Shown: in pieces, positions 19,827-29,406 of the stretch
Layout: each line of letters opens with the position of its first letter
How positions within the stretch are numbered: position 1 is the first letter of the stretch
NCBI GenBank assembly: GCA_021648445.1
Contig: JAKISU010000002.1
Location: 385-64,384, forward strand
Direction: 5' to 3'
DNA: 64,000 bases
Source: Flavobacteriaceae bacterium
GTDB lineage: Bacteria > Bacteroidota > Bacteroidia > Flavobacteriales > Flavobacteriaceae
The notes under the pieces: generated by a model
Told to the model about the DNA's origin: nothing
The model's database searches: none
What the model saw: only the letters and a program-made list of their open reading frames with translations
Translations under genes and position numbers: made by a program

Positions 19827-19990
19827 TATACCCAAACCACACAGTTTTTCGGTTTTTTGACTCGTTCTTTCTCTCTTTAAACACGTTAAAAAATGAAACC
19901 ATAACAAAGGCTATGGTTAAACTTTTCGCCTTTTTAAAGAAAAAAATAACTTTCGCCAAAACTCCCGAAAACCTAAATGGTTTGGGTATA
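19827..19990. mobile_element. 164-bp MITE family A, copy 2 (intact)
   Basis: TATACCCAAACCA / TGGTTTGGGTATA terminal inverted repeats with TA ends. Confidence 0.9.
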
Positions 19991-19991
19991 T

Positions 19992-20495
19992 TCATCTAAA
20001 TAATGCTTCCAGAGCAGCTTTGTAATTGGGTTCATCTACTATCTCACCTACTTGCTCGGTATATATTACTTTTCCTGATTCATCTAAAACAACAACTGCC
20101 CTAGAATGCAAATTGGCTAGTGGTCCATCAATAATTTGTAAGCCATAATCTTTACCAAAATCACCTGTAGCGAAATCTGATAGATTGATAACATTTTCTA
20201 TACCTTCAGCACCACAAAAACGCGCTTGCGCAAAAGGTAAATCTCTAGAAATACACAATACTTTTGTATTCTCTAATTCAGCTGCTTCTTTATTAAATTG
20301 CCTTACAGATGCTGCACAAGTACCGGTATCAATACTTGGAAAAATATTTAAAACAACTTTAGATCCTTTATAATCCGCTAAACTTGACTTTGATAAATCG
20401 TTTTTTATCATCGTGAAATCTGGAGCCTGTGTACCTATTTTTGGTAGTTCATTACTAGTATTTATTGTATTGCCTTTTAATGTTATTGTTGCCAT
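19992..20495 (-). CDS. tpx: Thiol peroxidase
   Basis: FPSIDTGTC, SRDLPFAQARFC. Confidence 0.96.
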   Translation of the reverse strand: MATITLKGNTINTSNELPKIGTQAPDFTMIKNDLSKSSLADYKGSKVVLNIFPSIDTGTCAASVRQFNKEAAELENTKVLCISRDLPFAQARFCGAEGIENVINLSDFATGDFGKDYGLQIIDGPLANLHSRAVVVLDESGKVIYTEQVGEIVDEPNYKAALEALFR

Positions 20496-20602
20496 AATTT
20501 TATACTTTTTATTTTATCAAAAATACATTAAAAATAAAAAATTAGCTGACTATTCTGAAAGTTTTTACAGGTAAATTAGTCTAAACAATAAAAATAACTC
20601 TT

Positions 20603-20744
20603 TTAAGGAGACCTCATTATTAGTTCATTTCTTTATTCACTTATCTTTTTTATTGTTTTTATAGGAGTTCATGAGTGCTTCGCAATTCAAAAAACAAAGA
20701 GAATGAATAAGATGTGAGGCATATTTTTTTTGGAATAGCCTTAA
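20603..20744. mobile_element. Partial MITE family E copy with a 53-bp inserted segment
   Basis: 20688-20743 matches 24003-24057. Segment 20635-20687 resembles the reverse complement of 42467-42529. Confidence 0.6.
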
Positions 20745-20856
20745 TTTTAACAAAACCTTTTGTCTAATTTTTTATACATCTGTTAAATTTATCTATTTTT
20801 GCAAAAAAACATTAAATAATAAGCTTCGGCACTAATATTGATGCTATCACTAATAA

Positions 20857-21549
20857 GTGAAAACAAAAAATTACATACAATCAGTTTCATTACTATTCTT
20901 TATAGTATTTTCATCACAATTGTTTTCTCAGGATAACACATCTAAAAAAACAACTTCTCTTTTTTTAGATAGTCAAAAAGAGATAAAACCATTGAATTTA
21001 ACATTGATTGATACTACAAATAAAATTTCCATTCTTAATTTTAAACCTAAAAAAATATTTTTTGGAATTGAACCCAATATCAAAAAATATTTTGACCCTT
21101 TAAATACAAATAAAAAAAGAACGATCAATTTTATGTCTCAAACAAACAAAGTAGATTCTGATGTTTTGGTTAAAAGGTTCTTTAACGGAAAGGATATGAG
21201 TAATGTTAAACTCACAAGTGATTTTAATTTAGGTACTTTACATAGCACTTCAAAATCAGTTAGAATTGAGGTTCGCGATCATAGTTTAGTTGATGGAGAT
21301 CGAATAAAAGTGTATGTGAATGAACAAATTATTAATTCAAACATTATGTTGAATGGATTGTATACTATTATTTACATTGACTTGAAGAAAGGGTATAATC
21401 GAATTGATATTGAAGCTATCAATGAAGGTTATTCAGGTCCAAACACAGCTCAACTAAATGTATATGATGAAAAAGGCAATCTACTTTCATCTCAAGATTG
21501 GAATATTTTGACCGGACAAAGAGCAACACTTGGTGTTGTAAGGAATTGA
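20857..21549 (+). CDS. Hypothetical secreted protein
   Basis: Signal peptide; RDHSLVDGDRI...ALNEG-like...PNTA beta-sandwich motif common in Flavobacteria. Confidence 0.75.
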   Translation: MKTKNYIQSVSLLFFIVFSSQLFSQDNTSKKTTSLFLDSQKEIKPLNLTLIDTTNKISILNFKPKKIFFGIEPNIKKYFDPLNTNKKRTINFMSQTNKVDSDVLVKRFFNGKDMSNVKLTSDFNLGTLHSTSKSVRIEVRDHSLVDGDRIKVYVNEQIINSNIMLNGLYTIIYIDLKKGYNRIDIEAINEGYSGPNTAQLNVYDEKGNLLSSQDWNILTGQRATLGVVRN

Positions 21550-21595
21550 TAATATATAAATTTAGGTGAACTTATACAGAAGTAACTAAATCGCA

Positions 21596-23164
21596 ATGAA
21601 AAATAAGCTGACCATATATTTTTTAATATTTATATTAACAAGTTGTGCTTCTACAGAAAAATACAATCAGCAAATCACAAAACTTCATAGCCCTAAAGAA
21701 CTTCGCAATGATGTTGACTATGCCTACAAAAAGTTACAAAAATTGCATCCGGACTTGTATTGGTATATAAGTAAAGATAACCTAGATAAAAAATTTAACA
21801 CACTAAAAAATAGTCTAAACAAACCTACCTCTAGCAAAGATTTCTACAAACAATTAGCTCCTATCATTGCTAGTATAAAACAAGGTCATACAGCAATTTA
21901 TCCTCCTTATAGAAAAAAAACAAAAGAAGAAAAAAAGGCTAAAAAGAAAAGTGAAAATCCGTTTAAGCCATTAAATATTCAAAATATTAACACTAAATTA
22001 TTTATTAAAAAGAATTACGGAAAAGATAGTACACTTATTGTTGGTTCAGAAATTATCAGTATAAACAATGAAAATACTCAAGACCTTGTAAAATCATTTC
22101 AAAAGTTAAGTACCGGTGATGGTTATAACGAAACATTTATTCCAAGAATTACAGGTCGTTATTTTGGTAGTTATTACTTAAATACACGCAAACAGAAAGA
22201 TAGTATACTAATAAAGCTTAAAAAAAATGACAGCATCTATTCTCGCTATTTGTATGCTAAATACGCTAAAAAAAATATTTTAAAAAAGAATATTAAAGAT
22301 ACTACTAAACAAAAGCTTCTTAAGGCAGAAAAGAAATTAGCTAAAAAGAGAAAAAAGAAAAATAAAGCTTGGGTTCATACTTATGGATATAATAATTATA
22401 CAAAAGAAAAAACCAGGAATTTTAAATTTATAAAGCCTGATTCTACAATAGTCGTTTCATATATGAAAATTCGTGGCTTTAAAAATGGTGGCTATAAAAA
22501 GTTTTATAAAGAAAGTTTTTTGAAAATAGATTCAGCAAATAGCAATCATTTAATTATTGATTTAAGAGACAATCTTGGGGGAAGGTTAGGAGAAATAGAT
22601 GAACTCTACTCCTATTTGACCGATAAAGAATATGTTTTTATTGAAGATGCAAAAATGACTAAAAGAGCAAGTTTTATTTATCCTAGAATGCATTCGAAAT
22701 CTTGGTTAAAAAAATCTTTAACAACATTATTATATCCGGCAGTTATTGTATATCAAGGCTTAAAAGTTAAAAAGAAAGAAGGAAGTCCATACTTTAGGTT
22801 TAAACAATCAAAAGCAAGGAAGCCTAAGTCAAATAATTACAAAGGCAATATTTATGTACTCATAAACGGTGCTAGTTTTTCTGCGAGTAGTATTTTATCT
22901 ACACATTTAAAGGCTACAGAACGAGCTACTTTTGTAGGAGAAGAAACCGGTGGTGCTTATAACGGTACAGTAGCCGGTTTATTTGCACCTGTAGAACTCC
23001 CAAATTCAAAAGTGAAAATGAAGATTGGCTTAATGACCATAAAAACACCTCATCATATTAGCCCTGATGGTTTCGGAATCAAACCTGATGTTTATATCCC
23101 TACAACTAAACTAGAAAAAGATGAACAATTAGAATGGGTTATCAATGATATAGTGAATATCTAA
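21596..23164 (+). CDS. S41 family peptidase lipoprotein
   Basis: Lipobox LTSC, IIDLRDNLGG, SFSAS, GEETGG, GIKPD. Confidence 0.9.
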   Translation: MKNKLTIYFLIFILTSCASTEKYNQQITKLHSPKELRNDVDYAYKKLQKLHPDLYWYISKDNLDKKFNTLKNSLNKPTSSKDFYKQLAPIIASIKQGHTAIYPPYRKKTKEEKKAKKKSENPFKPLNIQNINTKLFIKKNYGKDSTLIVGSEIISINNENTQDLVKSFQKLSTGDGYNETFIPRITGRYFGSYYLNTRKQKDSILIKLKKNDSIYSRYLYAKYAKKNILKKNIKDTTKQKLLKAEKKLAKKRKKKNKAWVHTYGYNNYTKEKTRNFKFIKPDSTIVVSYMKIRGFKNGGYKKFYKESFLKIDSANSNHLIIDLRDNLGGRLGEIDELYSYLTDKEYVFIEDAKMTKRASFIYPRMHSKSWLKKSLTTLLYPAVIVYQGLKVKKKEGSPYFRFKQSKARKPKSNNYKGNIYVLINGASFSASSILSTHLKATERATFVGEETGGAYNGTVAGLFAPVELPNSKVKMKIGLMTIKTPHHISPDGFGIKPDVYIPTTKLEKDEQLEWVINDIVNI

Positions 23165-23244
23165 AATAATCTACTAACATTGATATATGACCGCTTTGCT
23201 TTTAGACATAAGACACAAGACTTATTCTTTGAATTAAAATTATG

Positions 23245-23910
23245 TTACCAATCAATAATATCTAATCCTTTACTTTCTAAAAAAGCATTGGTTTTACTAA
23301 AATGCGAATTTCCAAACCAAAATCCTCGATTAGCACTTAATGGAGATGGATGACCGCTAGCTAAAATATAATGTTTAGAGTTATCAATTTTTGCTCCTTT
23401 TTTCTTTGCATAACCTCCCCAAAGTAAAAAAACTACATTTTCCTTATTTCTAGAAATTTGTGATATAACCGCATCTGTAAAAGTTTCCCAACCTTTGTTT
23501 TGATGAGACCCTGCTTGATGGGCTCTAACTGTTAATGTTGCATTCAATAATAGCACACCTTGTTTTGCCCAACGTTCTAAATTACCATTGTTAGGCATCG
23601 GTTTCTCTAAATCAGTTTCAATTTCTTTAAAAATATTTTGTAACGATGGTGGTTTATCAATACCATCATTGACTGAAAAACATAAACCATTAGCTTGCCC
23701 TACACCATGATAAGGATCCTGACCAATAATAACTACTTTTAAATCATCAAAAGAACAATGATCAAAGGCTGAAAATATCTTATTCCCTTTTGGGAAACAT
23801 TTATATTGTTGATATTCTGTTTTTACAAAATTGACCAACCTGTTGAAATATTCTTTTTCAAACTCTTCATGTAAAACCGATTTCCACCTTTCTGCAATAT
23901 TTACATTCAT
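23245..23910 (-). CDS. ung: Uracil-DNA glycosylase (start corrected to MNVNI)
   Basis: GQDPYH, HPSPLS. Confidence 0.97.
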   Translation of the reverse strand: MNVNIAERWKSVLHEEFEKEYFNRLVNFVKTEYQQYKCFPKGNKIFSAFDHCSFDDLKVVIIGQDPYHGVGQANGLCFSVNDGIDKPPSLQNIFKEIETDLEKPMPNNGNLERWAKQGVLLLNATLTVRAHQAGSHQNKGWETFTDAVISQISRNKENVVFLLWGGYAKKKGAKIDNSKHYILASGHPSPLSANRGFWFGNSHFSKTNAFLESKGLDIIDW

Positions 23911-23972
23911 ATTATTTATTAAAATAGTTACTTTGCAAGTATGAGACCTTTGAAACAAAAATGGCAATCACC

Positions 23973-24240
23973 TTAAGGGCATCTCTAAAAACTCCTTTCT
24001 TTCAAAAAACAAAGATAATGAATAAGATGTAAGGCATATTTTTTTTGAATAGCCTTAGCTATTGAAAAAAAATATAACGCAATCAGATTGTTTATTATCT
24101 TTGTTCCCACTGGGTTTTCAAAGCTTTCCAAATACTGCTTCAAAATTCATCACATTATCTAGGTAATGTTTCAAAATTTTTCCTTGTCTTTGAAAAGCTT
24201 TGAAATTTTGATGCGAAGGAGTTTTTAGAGATGCCCTTAA
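23973..24240. mobile_element. 268-bp MITE family E (IS5/IS1182-like ends)
   Basis: Perfect 25-bp TIR TTAAGGGCATCTCTAAAAACTCCTT including TTAA; no ORF. Confidence 0.88.
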
Positions 24241-24285
24241 ATATTTATAATTTTTAAAAGGTCTCAGTACATCAAATATACAATT

Positions 24286-26511
24286 TTGAGCAGTAGTATT
24301 TCAAAAAAAACATTGAACGATTTAGAGTTCAACACGGTTCTTAATAGTATTGCAAACTCTTGCAATACTAATTTAGGTAAAAAGGCTGTACTACAAATTG
24401 AGCCTATAACAAATAAAGTTGACTTATTACAGCAATTACATCAAACCAATGAGTATTTAGCGTCTTTTGAAAATGAAAATAAAATACCCAACCATCATTT
24501 TGAAGAAATAACTAATGAAATACATGTCTTAAGCATTGAAGATAGTTTTTTAGAAGCTACATCATTTCAAAGTATGGCTACCATTTCTGACACGGTTAAT
24601 ACTTTACTAAAATTCTTTAAAAAATTCAAAGAATATTATCCAACACTACATACTTTTTCAGAAGAGATTGAATATACAAAAATCATCATTGAAAGTATTG
24701 ATAAGGTTATCAATCGTTTTGGCGAGGTAAAAGATAATGCTACTGCAGAATTAAGAGTAATCCGTAAAGAGATTAATACCATAAGAGGGCAGATTGGCAC
24801 TAGTTTTACCAAAGCTTTAAATCATTATGCCAAACATGATTTTTTGGATGACATTAGAGAATCAGTTGTTGATAATCAACGCGTATTAGCAGTACAAGCA
24901 ATGCATAGACGTAAAGTTAAAGGTTCTATTTTAGGGAATTCAAAAACAGGAAGTATTGTTTTTATTGCGCCGGAAGCAACATTAAAATTGAGTAGAGAAC
25001 TACAAAATTTAGTTTATGAAGAAGAACAAGAAATTGTTAGAATTTTAAAAATACTCACCAACACAATTAGACCATTTGCAGACTTATTAAAACAATATCA
25101 ATATTATTTGACAGCTATTGATGTTCTTTCAGCTAAAGCAAAATATGCACTACAAATAAATGGACTGTTACCAAAAATATCTGAACTTAAAAAAGTTTTA
25201 TTAAGAGATGCTTTCCATCCTATTTTATTAGAAAATAATAAAAAACAACAGATTATAACAGTACCACAAACATTAGAATTAAATGAGAAACAACAAATCA
25301 TTGTTATTTCCGGACCTAATGCCGGTGGAAAAAGTATTACGTTAAAAACCATTGGGTTATTACAGGTAATGATACAAAGCGGAATTTTAATTCCGGTTCA
25401 CGAGCGTAGTGAAGTCTATTTTTTTGACACTATCCTTACCGATATTGGAGATAATCAATCTATTGAAAATCAGTTGAGTACTTATAGTTATCGTTTAAAA
25501 AATATGCGTAATTTTTTGAGAAAGTGTAATAAGAATACACTATTCTTAATTGATGAATTTGGTACCGGTAGTGATCCTGAATTGGGTGGTGCTCTGGCAG
25601 AAATATTTTTAGAAGAATTTTATAACAAAAATGCATACGGTATTATTACGACACATTATTCAAATCTAAAAGTGTTGGCAGACGAATTAGAAAATACGGT
25701 CAATGCCAATATGCAGTTTGATGAAAAAACGTTAGAACCTTTATTTAAATTACATATCGGTCAAGCCGGAAGTTCTTTTACATTTGAAGTAGCTCAAAAA
25801 AATGGTATTCCGTTTAGCATTGTTAATAGAGCAAAAAAGAAAGTTGAACGCGGAAAGATTAGATTAGACAAAACCATTTCTAAACTTCAAAAGGAAAGTA
25901 ATAAGCTCAGAAGAACATCTGAAAGTCTTGAAAGTGAACAAAATAAAGCCAAACAACATTCCGAAAGTTTATCAGAAAAAGAGCTAAAAATTCAAGAAAA
26001 ACTAGAAAACTTCCAAGAGTTATACGATAACAATCAAAAAATGTTATCAATTGGAAGAAAAATAAATGAGTTCTCAAATAACTACTTTCAAACTAATAAT
26101 AAAAAGAAATTACTTGCTGATTTTATGAAGTGGATACTTATTGAAAAAAGTAAATACACTAAAAAATATAAAACTGTCCCGATCCCGATAGCTATCGGGA
26201 TTACATCTAAAGCAGCAAAAAAACAGCAAAAAACTAAGAGAATTGCAACTGAAAAAAAATTAGAGACTGTCAAACATGAAGTATTAAAAGAGGTAAAGAA
26301 AATTAGGAAACAAAAAAGTGCAGTAAAAAAAGAGGTTGCAAAAACTAATGCCAATTACAAATACAAATTAAACGATCATGTTCGTTTAATTGATGGTAAA
26401 TCTGTTGGTACTATAGATAAAATTGAAAAAAATATTGCTACTGTAAACTACGGATTGTTTCTTGCTAAAACCAATACCAATCAATTAGAATTGGTTAAAT
26501 CTGCAAAATAA
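24286..26511 (+). CDS. mutS2: MutS2 family ATPase (C-terminal KOW-like domain, no Smr domain)
   Basis: SGPNAGGKS, DIGDNQSIENQLSTYS, DEFGTGSDP; TTG start. Confidence 0.92.
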   Translation: MSSSISKKTLNDLEFNTVLNSIANSCNTNLGKKAVLQIEPITNKVDLLQQLHQTNEYLASFENENKIPNHHFEEITNEIHVLSIEDSFLEATSFQSMATISDTVNTLLKFFKKFKEYYPTLHTFSEEIEYTKIIIESIDKVINRFGEVKDNATAELRVIRKEINTIRGQIGTSFTKALNHYAKHDFLDDIRESVVDNQRVLAVQAMHRRKVKGSILGNSKTGSIVFIAPEATLKLSRELQNLVYEEEQEIVRILKILTNTIRPFADLLKQYQYYLTAIDVLSAKAKYALQINGLLPKISELKKVLLRDAFHPILLENNKKQQIITVPQTLELNEKQQIIVISGPNAGGKSITLKTIGLLQVMIQSGILIPVHERSEVYFFDTILTDIGDNQSIENQLSTYSYRLKNMRNFLRKCNKNTLFLIDEFGTGSDPELGGALAEIFLEEFYNKNAYGIITTHYSNLKVLADELENTVNANMQFDEKTLEPLFKLHIGQAGSSFTFEVAQKNGIPFSIVNRAKKKVERGKIRLDKTISKLQKESNKLRRTSESLESEQNKAKQHSESLSEKELKIQEKLENFQELYDNNQKMLSIGRKINEFSNNYFQTNNKKKLLADFMKWILIEKSKYTKKYKTVPIPIAIGITSKAAKKQQKTKRIATEKKLETVKHEVLKEVKKIRKQKSAVKKEVAKTNANYKYKLNDHVRLIDGKSVGTIDKIEKNIATVNYGLFLAKTNTNQLELVKSAK
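26176..26202. repeat. Short palindrome inside mutS2 (encodes VPIPIAIGI)
   Basis: Perfect palindrome atcccgatagctatcgggat at 26182-26201, identical to intergenic 61132-61151. Confidence 0.85.
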
Positions 26512-26617
26512 TATTGGTTAATCAATTAAGAATTAATTTCTTAAAATGTTAAAGTAAAATTAATTTCTTAAATTTATCACAACAAAAAACTATTTAATTA
26601 ACTAAACACAATTTTAA

Positions 26618-27418
26618 ATGAAGAAATTTTTAGCATTTTTGCTTCTTCTTCTATTCATTATTTTAGCATGGTTTGGATGGAAATGGTATAAAGAAACCGT
26701 TCTGTGCTGTAATGATACTGTAGAAGAAACAATAGCGCCCAAAGCCGTAAAGTACGGACCTTTGGTATTTGATTGGAACTCTAATAAAGCCATAACCAAT
26801 GATCTTTGGCCAGACAAAAAAAATGAAATATTTTCAGGTCTTGCCGATGATAAAATTTTAAGAATCGTGGGATCATACTTTTCTGACGAAGTCAACAATA
26901 CCACTTTTGATGATCTAGGGTTGGCTAGAGCAGATGCTGTACGGCAATTATTGCTAGATTCTATTCCTGCTGATAAAATGGAAATTGCCTCTAAACTAGT
27001 AAACTTTTTAGAAGATGCTAAAACAAAACCATTTGGAGGTACTGTTTTAAATTGGATGACCAGAAACGAAAACATTCAAGAAATTGATAATAAAGCATTG
27101 ATCTATTTTCCTTATAATTCAACTCATGAAATAGACAATGATAATATTCTCAATTATTTATCTAGAATACCTAAAGCACTTGAAGGGAATAATAAAATTA
27201 TTATGCTGACGGGTTATACAGATAATATCGGAAACCCTGTCTATAATAAAAAACTTGGTATGAATAGAGCTTTATCTATAAAAAAACACCTTATTAAATT
27301 GGGAACTGATGGTAATAAAATAAAAGTTGCTTCTGAAGGTGAAGCTCAACCAATTGCCACTAATGATACTGAAGAAGGAAGGCAAAAAAATAGAAGAGTA
27401 GAAATAGAAATAAAATAA
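26618..27418 (+). CDS. OmpA/MotB-like peptidoglycan-binding protein with N-terminal anchor
   Basis: GYTDNIG...NKKLGMNRA...GRQKNRRVEI. Confidence 0.88.
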   Translation: MKKFLAFLLLLLFIILAWFGWKWYKETVLCCNDTVEETIAPKAVKYGPLVFDWNSNKAITNDLWPDKKNEIFSGLADDKILRIVGSYFSDEVNNTTFDDLGLARADAVRQLLLDSIPADKMEIASKLVNFLEDAKTKPFGGTVLNWMTRNENIQEIDNKALIYFPYNSTHEIDNDNILNYLSRIPKALEGNNKIIMLTGYTDNIGNPVYNKKLGMNRALSIKKHLIKLGTDGNKIKVASEGEAQPIATNDTEEGRQKNRRVEIEIK

Positions 27419-27447
27419 AGTACTAATCAAATTAAAAAAATAAAATT

Positions 27448-27969
27448 ATGTTATTATTACAAATAAATACAACAGCTTGTGACGGGTCAGACGTGTTTTA
27501 TACATGGCTTATGTGGTTGTTAGGCGCATTTCTATTAGGTCTAATACTAGGCTGGATCTTGAAACAATTATTTGGAGGAAGTGGTGGTGGAGACACTACA
27601 GATTACTCAGCTAAAATTAGAGGCTTAGAAGCAGAGCTTGATGCTTGTAGAAAAGATAAATCTAAACTTACAGCAGCAGCAGCAGCTTTCGCAGCTATCC
27701 CTAAAGTTGATGATTCTGTTAAAGACGATTATACTAAAATTGAAGGTATAGGTCCGAAAATTAAAGACTTATTAAATGCTGAGGGTCTTTGGAGTTTTAA
27801 ACAGCTTTCTCAGGCTGCGGAAAGTAGAATGCAAAAAGTATTAGATGCGGCAGGTCCTGCTTATACAGTTCACAATCCTAAAACCTGGGCTGAACAAGCT
27901 AAAATGGCTGATGAAGGCAAATGGGATGAACTTCATAAATGGCAAGAAGAATTAAAAGGTGGTTTATAA
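27448..27969 (+). CDS. Membrane-anchored helix-hairpin-helix (DUF4332-like) protein
   Basis: TM helix, coiled coil, DDYTKIEGIGPKI...TWAEQA. Confidence 0.75.
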   Translation: MLLLQINTTACDGSDVFYTWLMWLLGAFLLGLILGWILKQLFGGSGGGDTTDYSAKIRGLEAELDACRKDKSKLTAAAAAFAAIPKVDDSVKDDYTKIEGIGPKIKDLLNAEGLWSFKQLSQAAESRMQKVLDAAGPAYTVHNPKTWAEQAKMADEGKWDELHKWQEELKGGL

Positions 27970-27991
27970 TTCACTTTTATAAGATGATAAT

Positions 27992-28018
27992 AAGGCCCAA
28001 CATAGTTGGGCTTTTTTT
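27992..28018 (+). terminator. Intrinsic terminator
   Basis: aaggcccaac-ata-gttgggc followed by a T-run, between convergent genes. Confidence 0.8.
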
Positions 28019-28027
28019 GTATTAGTA

Positions 28028-28255
28028 TTAATCATTATACCGTTCCATTTCTCTATCATAAAACTGAGAGGCAAGTTCAATCAGATCATTCACTTCGCTC
28101 GTCAATTCAGCTTCATTTTCGCCACTAAGGTCTTCTAACCATTCAATTTCATCATCTACTAAATTAATAATAAACTGAGGGTATTCTGTATGAATAATAA
28201 AAATATCATCAGGAAAATCGGTATTATCACCTAGTAAAAATTTTGGAAGTGTCAT
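28028..28255 (-). CDS. Small acidic hypothetical protein
   Basis: MTLPKFLLGDN...IIHTEYP; overlaps the wecB stop. Confidence 0.75.
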   Translation of the reverse strand: MTLPKFLLGDNTDFPDDIFIIHTEYPQFIINLVDDEIEWLEDLSGENEAELTSEVNDLIELASQFYDREMERYND

Positions 28256-29343
28256 TTGTTTTGGTTTATTAAATTAAGAATCTCAGTGTATACGCTCTCA
28301 CCTACATTATCTCCATAAAGATTTATGGAAAAATCTACGTTGCTATCTTTAAAACCTTGAAAAACTGCTATCATTTTATCAGTACCACTACCGATAATTT
28401 TAGCAAATCCGTTTTCTACAAGCTCTATCCATTCTGTTTCATCGCGAGCAATAATACAATGTTTTTTATTAAAAAAAGCTTCTTTTTGTAATCCACCACT
28501 ATCAGTAATCACCATTTTACAATGTTTCAGTAGTTCTAACATATCAAAATAACCAACTGGTTCAATTGTGGTAATATTATATGAAAGGTTATACTTTTCT
28601 AGGATTTTTTTTGTTCTTGGATGTAAAGGTAAAACTACTTTACAGTAAGTATTGATTTGTTCTAATCCTTCAAAGATAGATCTCAATTTTTTAATGTCAT
28701 CTGTGTTTTCCTGACGATGGATGGTTGCTAATACAAACTCATTATTTATTAAACCCAAATCTTTCAGAATTGATGATTTCTCAGCAGAAGTTTTGCTATA
28801 AAATTCAACAGCATCTTTCATAATATCACCAGATCTCACAACTTTACTATCAAAATTAGCAAAGCCTTCTTTTTGTAAATTTTTAATGGCAGTATCTGTA
28901 GGGCATAGCAGTAAATCTGAAATTCTATCTGTTAGAATTCTGTTGATCTCTTCGGGCATTTTCATATTATACGACCGTAAACCGGCTTCTATATGAATCA
29001 CTTTAATATTCATCTTTTTAGCAGCCAAAGCTCCTGCAATTGTTGAATTTGTATCTCCATAAACAACTACTGCTTCCGGGTTTTCATCTATCAGTACTTT
29101 TTCAATTTTTTCCAACATTTGTCCGGTCATAGCGCCATGACTTAGCCCGTTAATATCCAGATTGTATTTTGGTTTCGGAATTTCCATTTCTGTAAAGAAA
29201 ACGTCACTCATATTCGCATCAAAATGTTGACCCGTATGGATAATAATTTCTTCTATCTCATTATGGCTGGCAATAATTCTACTTAATACTGCTGCTTTTA
29301 CAAATTGTGGTCTGGCACCTAATATGGTTATGATTTTTTTCAT
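28252..29343 (-). CDS. wecB: UDP-N-acetylglucosamine 2-epimerase (non-hydrolysing)
   Basis: GARPQFVK, HTGQH, GDTNST, HIEAGLRS, TDSGGLQKEA. Confidence 0.95.
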   Translation of the reverse strand: MKKIITILGARPQFVKAAVLSRIIASHNEIEEIIIHTGQHFDANMSDVFFTEMEIPKPKYNLDINGLSHGAMTGQMLEKIEKVLIDENPEAVVVYGDTNSTIAGALAAKKMNIKVIHIEAGLRSYNMKMPEEINRILTDRISDLLLCPTDTAIKNLQKEGFANFDSKVVRSGDIMKDAVEFYSKTSAEKSSILKDLGLINNEFVLATIHRQENTDDIKKLRSIFEGLEQINTYCKVVLPLHPRTKKILEKYNLSYNITTIEPVGYFDMLELLKHCKMVITDSGGLQKEAFFNKKHCIIARDETEWIELVENGFAKIIGSGTDKMIAVFQGFKDSNVDFSINLYGDNVGESVYTEILNLINQNK

Positions 29344-29379
29344 GTTTTGTTAATTCTACTAATACATGTTCTTTTTTAC

Positions 29380-29405
29380 AGGTTCCTGCTTTCGCAGGAA
29401 TGACA
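29380..29405. repeat. REP-like hairpin ttcctgc-tttc-gcaggaa-tgaca
   Basis: 7-bp stem with TGACA foot; partial relative near 49101. Confidence 0.65.
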
Positions 29406-29406
29406 A

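Noticed and set aside
19813-19995. 60-aa ORF MNIPKPFRFSGVLAKV
   Set aside because: Lies entirely within MITE A; a repeat-derived frame.
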